Source: Sphyrna mokarran
Taxonomy: Eukaryota
Assembly: GCA_024679065.1 (NCBI GenBank)
Contig: JAGIQG010000034.1
Coordinates: 1,674,001-1,738,000 of the forward strand
Direction of reading: 5' to 3'
DNA: 64,000 nucleotides
The notes beneath the pieces were generated by a model. That model did no database searches and was not told the DNA's origin. It saw only the letters and a list, made by a program, of their open reading frames with translations. The stretch's first letter is position 1; each line of letters begins with the position of its first letter. Of the stretch, positions 1-12,714 are shown in pieces. The position numbers and the translations under genes are program-made.

Positions 1-212
1 GAATGGCGGGGCAGGCCCGAGGGGCTGGATGGCCCACTCCTGCTCCTATTTCTTATGTTCTTCTGTTCTTAGGACATCATTGCTGAAAGCCCCTTGCAAT
101 TTGTAGGGATGAGTTTCTGCTTTGTCCATTGGGAGCAAACATCAGTTAATATCTATAACCGACCCTTGACCTTGACGGCTAACCTCTGGCCTTTGTGTTC
201 CTCCGGGTTTAG

Positions 213-506
213 CTCATTATGTGGAGCCAGTGTTGACTATGCAGACCAAGCAGAAGGACCTGGTTGGCGGACAGCTTGTGACAGTGAATTGCTCCTCGTG
301 GGGTGGCTACCCAAAACCAATCATATACTGGACTACCGTGAGCCCCGCGAGTGAAAACCGGACAGTGGAGAATCACGTACGTTGCTCTGGAGAGGGACTG
401 TGCAACATCACCTCCATCCTCTGGATCCACACGACATCAAACTTTGCTACCTGCTCCGTATACAACCCCAAGCTCCAGGAGAATAAAACTGCCACGTTAT
501 CTTGGA
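213..506 (+). CDS. B7-family (CD276/ICOSL-like) IgC-domain exon; upstream IgV exon lies outside the window
   Basis: tttag|CT acceptor (AG 211-212) and A|gtaagt donor (507), phase 1-1, 294 nt. Translates AHYVEP...KDLVGGQLVTVNCSSWGGYPKPIIYW...GLCNITSIL...TCSVYNPKLQE, matching the B7 IgC pattern (A-x-Y-x-x-P, C-S-S-x-x-G-Y-P, C-x-V-x-N-P). Confidence 0.88.
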
Positions 507-1536
507 GTAAGTGAAATGAAAAATATGTCCTTCCCCTTAGGGGGAAAGAGGCAGCCATGTGGGAGTCCTTGACATGTTGCGATTCCCTTCCTCAGTTTGA
601 TCACTCTCACTGTCCTGAACTTCCGGTGACCAGAGTTATTTGAGGAACATCGGGGGGGGTGGGGGTATCTAATCCTGTATTTGATTGATTTCATGTAGAA
701 AGTTTGAATAGTGGTCAAATAGTGGTTCCTGGAGCATTTAGATCTTGATCTCTTCCTGCATTCCTCTGAAAGTTAGGCCCTTCCTGTGTCCAGGGACACA
801 CAGGTTGGTTGTAAACACTGTCCATTACTTTCCTTGCTGAGATCAATTAATATCAAACAATGTGGGAAGGTCTCAGGTGAGATTCCTGATCTGTATAGTG
901 CAGTATCACATCCCACAAAGGGACTTGTATTGTCTAAACACCAGATGGTCATAGAATCCCACAGTACAGAAGGAGGCCATTCAGCCCATCGAGTCTGCAC
1001 CGGCCGCAATCCCAACCAGACTTTTTTTCCCATGCGTTTACCCTCGCTAGTTCCCCGTGACACCTTGGTGCAATTTAGCCTGGTCAATCGAGGAGTCTTT
1101 GCAGTGTGGGAGGAAACCCTTGCAGACATGGGGAGAATGTGCAAGCTCCACACAGACAGTGACCCAGGAATCGAACCCGGGCGTAGTGAGGCAGCAGTGC
1201 TAACCGCTGTGACACTATGAAGTCTCTGAACTCCAAATCGTTATTCATTACATACAGCATTTGGAGACATTCTGATAACATGATATGTTACTGTTTTATT
1301 TATTTGGGATTCAGTAGCGTTGCCTGTGGAGTTTTAATCCATTGTACCTAGGCAGAGTAGTGAGCTATTCAGATTCTTGCTGCTCCTCGTTCTACGCAGT
1401 GAGGTCACGCTTGATGGATTGGTTGAACTTGTTGTGACTCAGTAAATTTGACACTATGGAAATAGTGAATGGAGCTAGAATACTTTCTCTTGTAGAGCAC
1501 TTGGGACCTGTGAACAGGGCAAACACCTGTATACCT

Positions 1537-2352
1537 CATAGAACATAGAACACTACAGCACAAACAGGCCCTTCGGCCCACAAGTTGTGCCGATCACATC
1601 TATACTTACCAGGCCATAGAACTATCTGTAACTCCCAAAACCATTAAATCCCATGTACTCATCCAGAAGTCTCTTAAAAGACCCCAGCGAGTTCGTCTCT
1701 ATCACCACTGACGGTTCCATTCACTCACCACTCTCTGAGTGAAAAACGTACTCCTAACATCTCCTCTGTACTTGACCCCCAGCACCTTAAACCTGTGTCC
1801 TCTTGTAGCGACCATTTCAGCCCTGGGAAATAGCCTCCAAGAATCCACCCTATCTATTCCTCTCAACGTCTTACAAACCTCTATCAGGTCACCTCTCAAC
1901 TTCGTCTCTCTAGGGAGAAGAGACCTAGCTCCCTCAACCTATTTTCATAAGGCATGCCCCCCAATCCAGGCAACATCCTTGTAAATCTCCTCTGCACCCT
2001 TTCAATAGCTTCCACATCTGGCGACCATAACTGCGCACAGTACTCCAAGTGGGATCTGACAAGGGTCTTATAAAGTTGCAGCGTTACCTCCCGACTCCTA
2101 AACTCAATCCCTCGATTAATGAAGGCCAGTACACCATATGCCTTCTTGACCACATCCTCCACCTGCGAGGCTGATTTAAGAGACCTATGGAACCGGACCC
2201 CAAGATCCTTCTGCTCCTCAACACAGCTAAGACTCCTGCTCTTGATATTATACTCCTTCATCCCATTGGTCCTGCCAAAATGGACCACCCCACATTTATC
2301 CGCGTTGAAGTCCATCTGTCACTTCTCCGCCCAGTCTTGTACCCTATGTATG
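1537..2352 (-). mobile_element. CR1 LINE 3' fragment (same subfamily as 41876)
   Basis: ORF2 C-terminal peptides ([19 protein letters not shown]), shared 3' UTR and CATAGAA tail. Confidence 0.9.
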
Positions 2353-2634
2353 CCTTCTCTTTATCCATTTAGATGGAAGTATAGTGAAATGAAGAATGAA
2401 CTTTTTTTGCATGTTTAACCATGCCTATATTGCTGCCCGTTTTGTTGCTTTCGACTAAATTCCAGTCCGCCATTTACTTATCACGGATACTTTAGCATAA
2501 AAGTAAATTTCTAATCACGAGAGTAAACCCCACTCTGCTCATCACTGCTACCTAAATCCAAAGAATAGGTAAGAAAATATATCAGCTCGTGCATTCCTAT
2601 TTAATATCTGACTGATATTTTTGTTTTTCGACAG

Positions 2635-2781
2635 ATTCGTCACAAAACTTTCAGACGGAGACCACTCTCGCTGTCAGCGACACACATCACAGGTGGATTA
2701 TTCCGATAGCCTTAGTTACACTAATCGCTGCCGTTACACTGGTAGTTTACATTTCAATGAAATTCAGGACTTTTCTGAATG
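2635..2781 (+). CDS. B7-family gene stalk/transmembrane exon
   Basis: ttttgtttttcgacag| acceptor and G|gtaagt donor, phase 1-1, in frame with the IgC exon: NSSQNFQTETTLAVSDTHHR-WIIPIALVTLIAAVTLVVYISM-KFRTFLN. Confidence 0.85.
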
Positions 2782-3019
2782 GTAAGTGACTTATCAACTT
2801 TAGTTTACTTAACAAACACTTAGTTACAAGATTAGGTGACCTTTTTGTGTGTGTGTGTTTGACAACCGTATACTGACTTTGAACCAGTTGTTTTTGGTGT
2901 GTGGGTGAATGGTGTCCATTCTGCACGTTATAAAGATCTTTTATCAAATTGTATCAAACATTATGAATAATGCAAATGTTCCAACATCCATCCCGCTGGT
3001 ATTCAGAGTAAAGGGAAGG

Positions 3020-4323
3020 TAACTACAAGGAGGATGTGGATGCTATTGAGAGGAGATTTACAAGGATGTTGCCTGGATTGGGAGGCAGGCCCTATGAAGA
3101 TAGGTTGAGGGAGCTGGGACTCTTCTCACTGGAGAGAAGAAGGATGAGAGGCGACCTGATAGAGGTTTATAAAATGTTGAGAGGAATAGATAGGGTGGAT
3201 TCTCAGAGGCTATTTCCCAGGGCTGAAATGGTCATAGAATATAGAACATAGAACATTACAGCACAGAACTGGCCCTTCGGCCTTCGATGTTGCGCCGACC
3301 AATATAAAAAGCAATGCCCCTCCAAACTAAACCATTCCCTTCTCTTCCATATACTTATCAGCTAACATCTTAAACGCCACCAAACTTGGCGCATCTACAA
3401 CCGCTGCAGGCAGGGCATTCCACTCCCTAACCATCCTCTGGGTAAAGAACCTGCCTCTGATATCCATCCTATAACTATCACCCCTTAATTTAAAGCTGTG
3501 TCCCCTCGTGCTAGCTTTCTCCATCCTAGGAAAAAGGCTATCACTGTCCACCCTATCTAAACTCTAATCATCTTATATGTTTCGATTAGGTCCCCTCTTA
3601 GCCGCCTCCTTTCTAACGAAAACAACCTCAAATACCTCAGCCTCTCTTCATAAGACCTGCCCTCCATACCAGGCAACATCCTGGTAAACCTCCTCTGTAC
3701 CCTCTTCAATGCCTCCACATCTTTCTTATAATGTGGGGACCAGAACTGCACACAATACTCCAAGTGCGGCCGCACTAGAGTTTGTACAGTTGCAACATGA
3801 CGTTGCGGCTCCGAAATTCAATCCCCCTACCAATAAAAGCTAAGACTCCATATGCCTTCTTAACAACCTTATCGACTTGACTACCTACTTTCAGGGATCT
3901 ATGCACAAATACACCAAGATCCCTCTGTTCATCAACACTATTAAGAATCCTACCATTAGCCGTATACTCTACACATTTATTATTCCTGCCAAAGTGCATT
4001 ACCTCACACTTTTCCACATTGGCTTTTATAAATCAAAGTATTGATTTATTGATCTCCTCACTACGAGAGGACACAGGTTTAAGGTGCTGGGGGGCAAATA
4101 CAGAGCAGATGTTAGAAGTAAGTTTTTCACTCAGAGGGTGGTGAGTGAATGGAAACGGCTGCTGTCGGTAGTGGTGGAGGTAAACTCGCTGGGGTCTTTT
4201 AAAAGACTTCTGGATGAGTACATGGAATTGGGAGTTACAGATAGTTCTATGGCCTGGTAGGTACTGACATGATCGGCACAACTTGTGGGTCGTAGGGCCT
4301 GTATGTGCTGTAGTGTTCTATGT
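3020..4323. mobile_element. CR1 (+) interrupted by a second CR1 subfamily copy (-, ~3233-4020)
   Basis: The host reads ...gctgaaatggtc and resumes ctacgagaggacacagg at ~4061. The insert has its own ORF2 end and tail in the opposite orientation. Confidence 0.85.
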
Positions 4324-4404
4324 AAAGTTACCTTTTGGTCATGTAGATGACCAAAGGGTTCTCTCCCCTTTGAACAGTGATGATTTAACCTGAGGATCAC
4401 CCCA

Positions 4405-4697
4405 TGTTAGAATGTAACCAGAAGAGCTTTGAATTGGATGTAACGTGACCAATGGTAACAATCTGTAAGGGTCAGCTGACCCAGTAAACCAATTACAGAG
4501 TGATATGATGGTCAGCTGACTCACTATCAATAAGAACCTGTTGGGAACTGTGGGAAGCTTGGAGTGGCCCAGGGCGAAGCCCCATGTTTGGAGTAATGAA
4601 GTTTCTTTATTAAACCCTTTCTTTGATTTATAAACTGAAGTAAATTTTGTTGTGTTTTTCAATTGTTTGCATTAGAAGAATTCCTTCTGAGGAAACA
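4405..4697 (+). mobile_element. Possible solo LTR
   Basis: TG...CA ends, two CCAAT boxes and ATTAAA; appears to interrupt another repeat. No clean TSD. Confidence 0.3.
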
Positions 4698-5161
4698 AGG
4701 CAGGGGGTAAGGTTGAGAAGTTAATGAGTAACCTCAGTCGGTAGGGGAATTGAACCCATGTTGGTGTTGTTCTGCATCATTAACCTGCTGTCCAGCCAAC
4801 AGAGCTAAGCAGTTGTCACCAGGTTGTTGCGGGGGGGTGGGGGGGGTGGTGGGGTGGGAAGAGGTGATGAGAGGTGGGAATGGCAATGTGAAGAATACTT
4901 TCTGAGCTTGTTGTTAGTGAAGGGGTTGAATTGCAGTGCACCCAATCCACATTCAGTACTATCCTGATGTTGACATGAGAGACTAAATGCAGAGTAACGT
5001 TCCAACTCATTAGCATTCCTTATGTGTGGAAGTGTAGGCTATTCTCATAGCTTCGTTACTACGCAGAGATGTCGCAACCCGTGGCATCTTGTTTTAAACC
5101 AATCCTTTAATGGTTTTGTGAAGGGGAGGTTGTGTTTTATGAACTTGCTGTAACTAAACCA

Positions 5162-6800
5162 GACCTTGGTAAGACCACATTTGGAATATTGTGTTCAGTT
5201 CTGGTCACCTCATTATAAGAAGGATGTGGAAGCATTAGAGAGAGTGCAGAGGAGATTTACCAGGATGCTGCCTGGTTTGGAGGGTAGGTTTTATGAGGAA
5301 AGGATAAGGGAGCTGGGGCTTTTCTCTTTAGAGCGGAGAAGGATGAGAGGTGACTTAATAGAGGTTTATAAGATGGTGAGGGGGATAGATAGAGTGGACA
5401 GGCAGAGACTATTTCCTCGGGTGGATGTAGCTGTTACGAGGGGGCATAACTATAAAGTTCATGGTGGGAGATGTAGGAGGAATGTCCGAGGTAGATTCTT
5501 TATTCAGAGAATGGTTGGGGCGTGGAATGCACTGCCTGCTGTGTAAAGTCGGACACTTTAGGAACTTCAAGCGGTTATTGGATAGGCACATGGAGCACAC
5601 CAGAATGATAGGGAGTGGGAAAGCTTGATCTAGAAATTGAACATAGCTCGGCACAGCATTGAGGGCCGAAGGGCCTGTACTGTGCTGTAACGTTCTAAGT
5701 TCTAACTTGATCAAGTTTTTCGAGAAAGTGACGAAGATGATTGATGAGGGTAGGGCAGTGGATGTTGTCTACATGGACTTCAGTAAGGTCTTTGACAAGG
5801 TCCCTCATGGCAGACTGGTGCAGAAGGTGAAGTTGTGTGGGATCAGAGGTGAGCTGGCAAGGTGGATACAAAACTGGCTCAGTCGTAGAAGACAGGGGGT
5901 AGCAGTGGAAGGATGTGTTTCTGAATGGAAGGCTGGGATAAGTGGTGTTCCTCAGGGATCAGTGCTGGGACCTTTGCTGTTTGTGATATATAGAAATGAT
6001 TTGGAGGAAAATGTAACTGGCTTGATTAGTAAGTTTGTGGGTGACACAACGGGTAGTTGAATTGTGGATTGCGATGAGGACTATCAGATACAGCAGGATA
6101 TAGATCGGTCGGAGACTTGGGCAGAGAGATGGCAGATGGAGTTTAATCTAGAAAAATGTCAGATACTGCATTTTGGAAAGTCTAATACAGATAGGAAAAT
6201 GTACAGTAAATGGCAGAACCCATTTCAGAAGTCATGTTGCAACTTTATAGAATCTTAGTTAGGCTGCACTTGGAATATAGTGTTCAATTCTGGTCACCAC
6301 ACTACCAGAAGGATGTGGAGGTTTTGGAGAGGGGACAGAAAAGATTTACCAGGATGTTGCCCTGGTATGGAGGGCATTAGCTACGAGGAGAGGTTGGAGA
6401 AACTGGGTTTGTTCTCACTGGAGTGACAGAGGTTGAGGGGAGACCTGGTGGAATTCTACAAGATTATGAGGAGCACGGACAGAGTGGATAGTCAGGAGCT
6501 TTTTCCCACGGCGGACGAGGGGGCAAAGGTTGAAGGTGTGAGTGGCAAGGATTAAAGGGGATGTATGAGGCAGATTCTTTACACAGGGGGTGGCGGGTAC
6601 CTGGAATTCTCTGCTGGGAGAGATAGTGGAAACAGATACGGTGATGAGTTTTAAGGAGTGTTTTGACAAATACATGTACAGGATGGGAATAGAAGGATAT
6701 GGTCCCCGGAAAGTTCAGGGTTTTAGTTCAGTCTGGAAGCATGGTCGGTGCAGGCTTGGAGGGCCGAAGGGCCTGTGCTATAATTTTCTTTCTTCTTTAA
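5162..6800 (+). mobile_element. Two adjacent CR1 LINE fragments
   Basis: ORFs 5166..5546 and 5659..6060 carry CR1 ORF2 motifs (DFSKVFD, GVPQGSVLGP), with frameshifts. Confidence 0.9.
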
Positions 6801-6935
6801 TAAATGGAGACCATTCAACCTGCTGATCTTCTGAAGGAACAATTCATCTCATGTCGCTCCTTCTCTTTTCCCAGCATCCCCCCACATTTCACTCATGCAA
6901 ATAACAGTCCAATTCTCTTCTGAATAGCTGAATTG

Positions 6936-7461
6936 AATCTGCTTCCACCACAAGTAGCATGTTCCAGATCCTAACCACTCGCTGTGTGAATCTGTCTCCA
7001 CCACACTCTCAGACAGTACATTCCAGATCCTAACCACTCACTGTGTGAATCTGTCTCCACCACACTCTCAGACAGTACATTCCAGATCCTAACGACTCGC
7101 TGTGTGAATCTGTCTCCACCACACTCTCAGACAGTACATTCCTGATCCTAACCACTCACTGTGTGAATCTGTGTCCACCACACTCTCAGACAGTACATTC
7201 CAGATCCTAACCACTCACTGTGTGAATCTGTCTCCACCACACTCTCAGACAGTACATTCCAGATCCTAACCACTCACTGTGTGAATCTGTCTCCACCACA
7301 CTCTCAGATAGTACATTCCTGATCCTAACCACTCACTGTGTGAATCTGTGTCCACCACACTCTCAGACAGTACATTCTAGATCCTAACCACTCACTGTGT
7401 GAATCTGTCTCCACCACACTCTCAGACAGTACATTCCAGATCCTAACCACTCGCTGTGTGA
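6936..7461. repeat. 59-bp minisatellite (~8.5 copies) derived from a CR1 3' end
   Basis: Unit ttccagatcctaaccactcactgtgtgaatctgtctccaccacactctcagacagtaca recurs at 6962, 7021, 7080 ... 7434. Confidence 0.92.
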
Positions 7462-8499
7462 AGAAGTTTTTCCTCATGTTGCTTCCTTTGCCAGTGATTT
7501 TAATTTGTGCCCACTTGTTATTAATTCCTGTGCCAATATGAACAGTTTCTCCCAATTGGTCCTATCCAGAAACCTCATGATCTTGAATATCTCTATCAAA
7601 AAATCTCTTCTTAGCCAATGTGAACAGCCCCAACTTCTCCAATCTATCCACATGTCAAGCCCCCCTTGTCTCTGGAACTGTTCTTGTGAATCTTTTCTGT
7701 ACCTTTTCTAACATTAAGTCTGGTGCCCATACCTGGACACGTTACTCCAATGGAGTTTGAAACTATCTGTGATACAGGGGTTTAATATAATTTGCTTGCT
7801 TTGGTACTCTATCACTCTCTGAATAAAGCCTAGGATACTCTCATAAGGTATTTCCTCATCTTACAGAATCAGGTTCTTGAGTTAGTAATAAACAAGAGTA
7901 TGTGAAATAATAATAAATTCAAAAATGTATAAAAGTTTACTGAAGAATCAAATGTGGTTTAAATGGTCAGTCGCAATGTTAAATTGCGGTTCTAGAGAAG
8001 AGATAAAACTATCTAGGGCAGCACATTGGGTTAGCACTGCTGCCTCGCAGCGTCAGGATCCCGGGTTCAATTCCCGGCTCGGGTCACTGTCTGTGCAGAG
8101 CCCGCGTGTTCTCTCCATGTCTGCGTGGGTTTCCTCCATGTGCTGAGTCTTCCTCCTAAAATGTGCGGGTTAGGTGGATTGACCATGATAAATTGGCCCT
8201 TGGTGGTCAGAGGGATTAGCAGGGTAAATGCGTGGGGTTACAGGGTTAGAGCCTGGGTGGGATTGTGGTTGGTACAGACTTGATGGGCCGAATAGCCTCC
8301 TACAGTAAGGATTTTATGATTTTATTTCTGGCGGAGAGTCCAGGTTTACCTTTCAATTGTTATGCTGAAAATATTTTAAGTGTAAATATGAAATATTAAA
8401 GCAACATTTATCTTAACCCCGGAGTGAATTAGTGACCTCCTGAAGCTAGTTGAGCAAATGAGGCTCTCTCTTCCAGTTTGTTCCTCGATGTTTGAAGAT

Positions 8500-9365
8500 G
8501 GGGGTGATTTTGTGGCCTCGTTTAACACCAGCGCAAATCCCGTAATGGCTGGAAACCATGAGGAGAATCCCAGAACGGGATTGGGCGATCCCAGGATGAG
8601 ATCTTCCCCATTCCTCGCTGGTGATGTCATCAGCGAATGATTACCATTCATTTAAATATATTTAAATATTCGCAACCCCAGCTTAACGCTGTATCCTTCC
8701 AAGAAAAATATGTTCCCACTTGCTGGACGTCACGCCCATGGGAATCACTCCCAAAAGCAGAGACCTTGCTGAGTGTGTCGAAGGCTCAGAGATCAGGGTA
8801 GCCTGTGGGTGCTCACAGACATGGCAGGACATTGGGGCCAAGGGGTGGGTGAGGTGGCGGAGAGGAGGGGTGAGAGGGTGGGGGTGGGCGGAGGGCATGG
8901 CGGTGGGGGTGGTGGGGGTGGAGGGGTTGAGAGTTGACTGGGTGGGGGTCAGTGGGTTTGGGGGCAGAGGGCACATGGGTGTGGGCGAAGGGGATGGGAG
9001 ATGGGAGGGAGTGTAGGGTGGAGGGGATGGGGGTCGGGGCGATGTGGGCAGAGGGGATGAGGGTGGGGGATGGAGGAGTGTGGACAGGAGGGTGAGGGTT
9101 GAGAGGTTGGGGTGGAGAGGGAGGGTGTTGGAGAGGTAGGGGTGGGGGCTGGAAGGGTGGGGGGTGTGGGTTGGAGGTGTGAGGGTGAGGGGTTGGAAGC
9201 GTGAGGGTGTGGGAGTTGGAGGGAAGGGGGTGGGAGTCAGGGGTGTGTGAGCGGAGGGGATGAGGGTGGGGGATGGAGGAGTGTGGGCGGGAGGGTGAGG
9301 GTTGGAGGGGTTGGGTATTGGAAGAGTCGGGGAGTGGAGTCATTTTCCCCTGAGAAAAATGGCCC
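8500..9365. mobile_element. Decayed MITE-like element containing a G-rich low-complexity expansion (~8840-9340)
   Basis: Ends GGGGTGATTTT ... AAAAATGGCCC resemble the GGGCNNNATTTT termini seen elsewhere in the window. Confidence 0.4.
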
Positions 9366-10036
9366 TTTCATCATTTAAGAAGATTGATAGAACTGTCAAT
9401 TTCTGACAAGTGATGGTTCGATTCGAAGGAAACCGCACTTACAAAATATTTCATAAACCTGCTTCTTAAGATGGAGATTGTAACAATTTCTAGCCCAGTG
9501 TAGTCTCCTTATCAGCCGTCACCTCATCTTCCTGTCATTTGAACTGCTGCAGATTTTTGGGCTCTTTCCTGATCGGTTAGTTCATATTGTTGTAAAAGGC
9601 TGTACTGGGAATGAACAATCTTAAGTATTGTTAACTCTTTACCCACTAACAAAAATGAATCCTTTAAACTCTTCCAGAAATATAGAACCCTTTATAACTG
9701 TTCCTCTGGCCTCACTCATCCCGAAACCATAAAACCCCACCCGATGGATCTTTCTGTTGTTTGCCCGCCCTCGATTCCCGTGGTAAAATTCCAGCCATGA
9801 CCTCACGTGAAGGGTTAGCCGCCTAGGACTAATGATGATTTCTCCATTGAGAGGATTTGTGAATTGCTGGAATTCTCCACACCAGAGGCCTGTATGTGCT
9901 GAGATAGTGAGGCTTTTCAAGGCAGAGATCAGACCTTAGGGCAGGAAGGGAATCAAGCAATTTGGAGATGGGGAAGTATTGGGTTTTTTTTCTTCATTTG
10001 TGGGACATGGGTGTCGCTGGCTGGCCAACATCTATT

Positions 10037-10205
10037 GTAAGAAGTCTCACAACACCAGGTTAAAGTCCAACAGGTTTATTTGATCGTAAACACCACGAGC
10101 TTTTGGAGTGCTGATTTCTACCAAATGAACCTGTTGGACTTTAACCTGGAGTTGTGAGATTTCTTACTGTGTTTACCCCAGTCCAACACCGGCATCTCTA
10201 CATCA
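10037..10205. mobile_element. Penelope-derived palindromic element (short)
   Basis: Inverted arms aagaagtctcacaacaccaggttaaagtccaacagg; flanking duplication caacat(c/t)tattg. Confidence 0.7.
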
Positions 10206-10979
10206 CAACATTTATTGCCCATCCCTAATTGCCCTGGAGAAGGTGAGGATGAGCCGCGTTCTTCAATCGTTGCAATCCATGTTCTGTGGGTCAATCCACT
10301 TTAGGAAGGGAATTCCAGGATTTTAACCCAGCGACTGCGAAGGAATATTTCCAAGTTCCATTTGGCCTAATAGAGGTGTATAAAATTACGAAGGGCAGAG
10401 ATAGGGTGCACAGCAGGAAACTTTTTCCTAGGTCGGAGGTGACAAACACAAGGGGTCACAGGTTCAAGGTGAGGGGGCCGAGGTTCAACCCAGATTCAGA
10501 GGGACGTATTTTCCACAGAGGATGATGGGGGCCTGGAATGCGCTGCCAAGCAGGGTGTTGAGGTGGACACGGTGGGATTGTTTAAGACTCACATGGACAG
10601 ACTGGGAATGGAGGGATACAAACGAATAGTCTAGTTGGAAGTGTGAGTGGGATAGGCTTGGAGGGGCTGAAGGGCCTGTTTCCTGTGCTGTTCTTTGTTG
10701 TAAGTCAGGACAGTGAGTGACTCGGAGGGAAACTTGCAGGTTCCCATCTATCTCCTGCCCCTCTCTTCCTAGGAGAAGGTGGTTGTGAATTTGGAAGGTG
10801 CTTTCTATGGATTTTTGGTGCATTGCTGCAGGGCATTTTATGGATGGTACACACTGCTGCTACTGAGTGAACATTGGGGGGAGTGGAAGTTTGCAGATGG
10901 GGTGCCAATCAAGCGGGGCCGCTTTATCGTGGATGGTATCAAGCTTCTTGAGTGTGCACACATCCAGGGGAGTATTCAA

Positions 10980-11586
10980 ACAAAGAACAGCACAGGAAAC
11001 AGGCCCTTTGGCCCTACAAACTCCCGCCGCCATTCTAACACTCAGTGAGTGCCTCAGCCTCATTCCCATCCTACTTCTACCTACAACTTTTGTCTAAGCC
11101 TCTTGGACCCTACAATAAAGGGGGTGCAAATTTAAAGAATTGTATGTATGCCAGATTAAGGGAGAACCAATTTAGGGACAATTTGTTAACACTCATCAGC
11201 CTAAAAGCACGTTTTTGGGGTGTGGGAGGAAACCGGAGAAAACCCACACAAGCACGGGGAGAATGTGGAAACTCCCACAGACACTGACCCAAGTCGGAGA
11301 TCCGACCCAAGGTCCCTGTATCTCTAAGTCAGGACGGTGAGTGGCTCGGAGGGAAACTTGCAGGTTCCCATCTATTTCCTGCCTTCTAGGAGGAAGTGGT
11401 CATGAATTTGGAAGGTGCTGTTTAAGTGATAGTCACTGAGCTGTCGTGTTGCCCGTCAGCTGGTCCAGTTTAAGCGTACACTAACGAAGTGAAGCACTAG
11501 GCAACTCTCGAAGCATCATCCAAGAGCAGCCCTCGCACGACCCATCGCGTGTGTGCCCCTTGTTGGCCAACAAGTCGGACCGAGGC
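10980..11586 (-). mobile_element. Leader-bearing SINE (degenerate B box), interrupted by ~95-bp local duplication
   Basis: Structured leader 11462-11581, decayed tRNA head, shared SINE core and CR1-type tail with TTCTTTG repeats. Confidence 0.8.
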
Positions 11587-11740
11587 CTCTCCTGACTTAT
11601 TGTCTTAAGAATTCAGGTTGATGATGTAGATCTATGGTAAAGCAGATACATGAGCTGTATCTCCTGCACTTAATCATGTTTTGACTGGATTGTCAGAGTG
11701 AACTGTGCTTCTGACCATTGTATGTGTTTGCTTATTTCAG

Positions 11741-11832
11741 AGCAAAGATGTTGCGTTCAGGATGGACAAGGTCACGTCGAAATTCTATTGACTGAAGGGC
11801 CGGAGACCAAGAACCTAAAGGAGAACGATTGA
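11741..11832 (+). CDS. Candidate terminal cytoplasmic exon of the B7-family gene
   Basis: tgtttgcttatttcag| acceptor in non-repeat sequence. Phase-1 frame reads EQRCCVQDGQGHVEILLTEGPETKNLKEND*. No homology support, frame and splice signal only. Confidence 0.4.
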
Positions 11833-12714
11833 AAGACGAGGGGGTGATGCCCTGGGCAAATAATCCTCTTTCTGTGTATCTTTCATCTGATAGGTTAGAC
11901 TGGATTTACTGTCAGTGGGGAAAGCAAGTGGTGAGAAGTGCTTTAAACTCCATAAAGTGTAAAAAAAAACCTCCATTGCCATCAACTGCGCGAGATATAT
12001 TCTTACTTTCTTCTGTTTCATGATGAACCTTGGGCAGGTTACGCGGGCAGCAGACCAAATTATTTTCTAACTAGTGAGATTGTGGAGGTACAGAGAAATG
12101 TCGAGGTTCATTGTCCAGATTAGCAGGTAGGTCCCATCCAGAGTTTAACAGTTTTACAGTTTATTTATTAGTGTCACAGGTAGGCTTACATTAACACTGC
12201 AATGAAATTACTGTGAAAATCCAGGGAGAATTCAGCACGGCCAATGCACCCAACGAGCTCGTCTTTTAGACTGTGGGAGGAAACCACAACAATGTTAATG
12301 GGACGAATCTCGAGCTCAGGGAGGTTAGAATCCAGAAGGGTACATATTCTGTTGTAGCTGCGGTTAGATTCCATTTAGAATATCGAGTTTAGTTCTGGGC
12401 ATCACTCCTCGGGGAAGGTATATTAGCTCTGGAGGGACAGGGTCCAGAAAAGGGAGGGAGGAGGGGAGTTACACAAAACACTGGGGTCCATGACCTGGGA
12501 AAGGGGCCTGGATTCACTTCCACCAATGTGTCAGATTCCTCAACTCCCCCCCACCTTGTTTATTTGGGTGAGGAGGGTTCCGTTTGGTGGACACACTTTC
12601 CTCAAACCTGGAACGTACAGCAAAGTCAAATGGCTGCCTCTTCGCCGGGTTCAGGTCCCTCCGGAGGGTCACAGTGCAAATTCGTCAGCACGGAAATAGA
12701 ATGGAAATATCGAG

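Noticed and set aside
6936-7461. CRISPR-like array
   Set aside because: Contiguous tandem units with no unique spacers; eukaryotic LINE origin.
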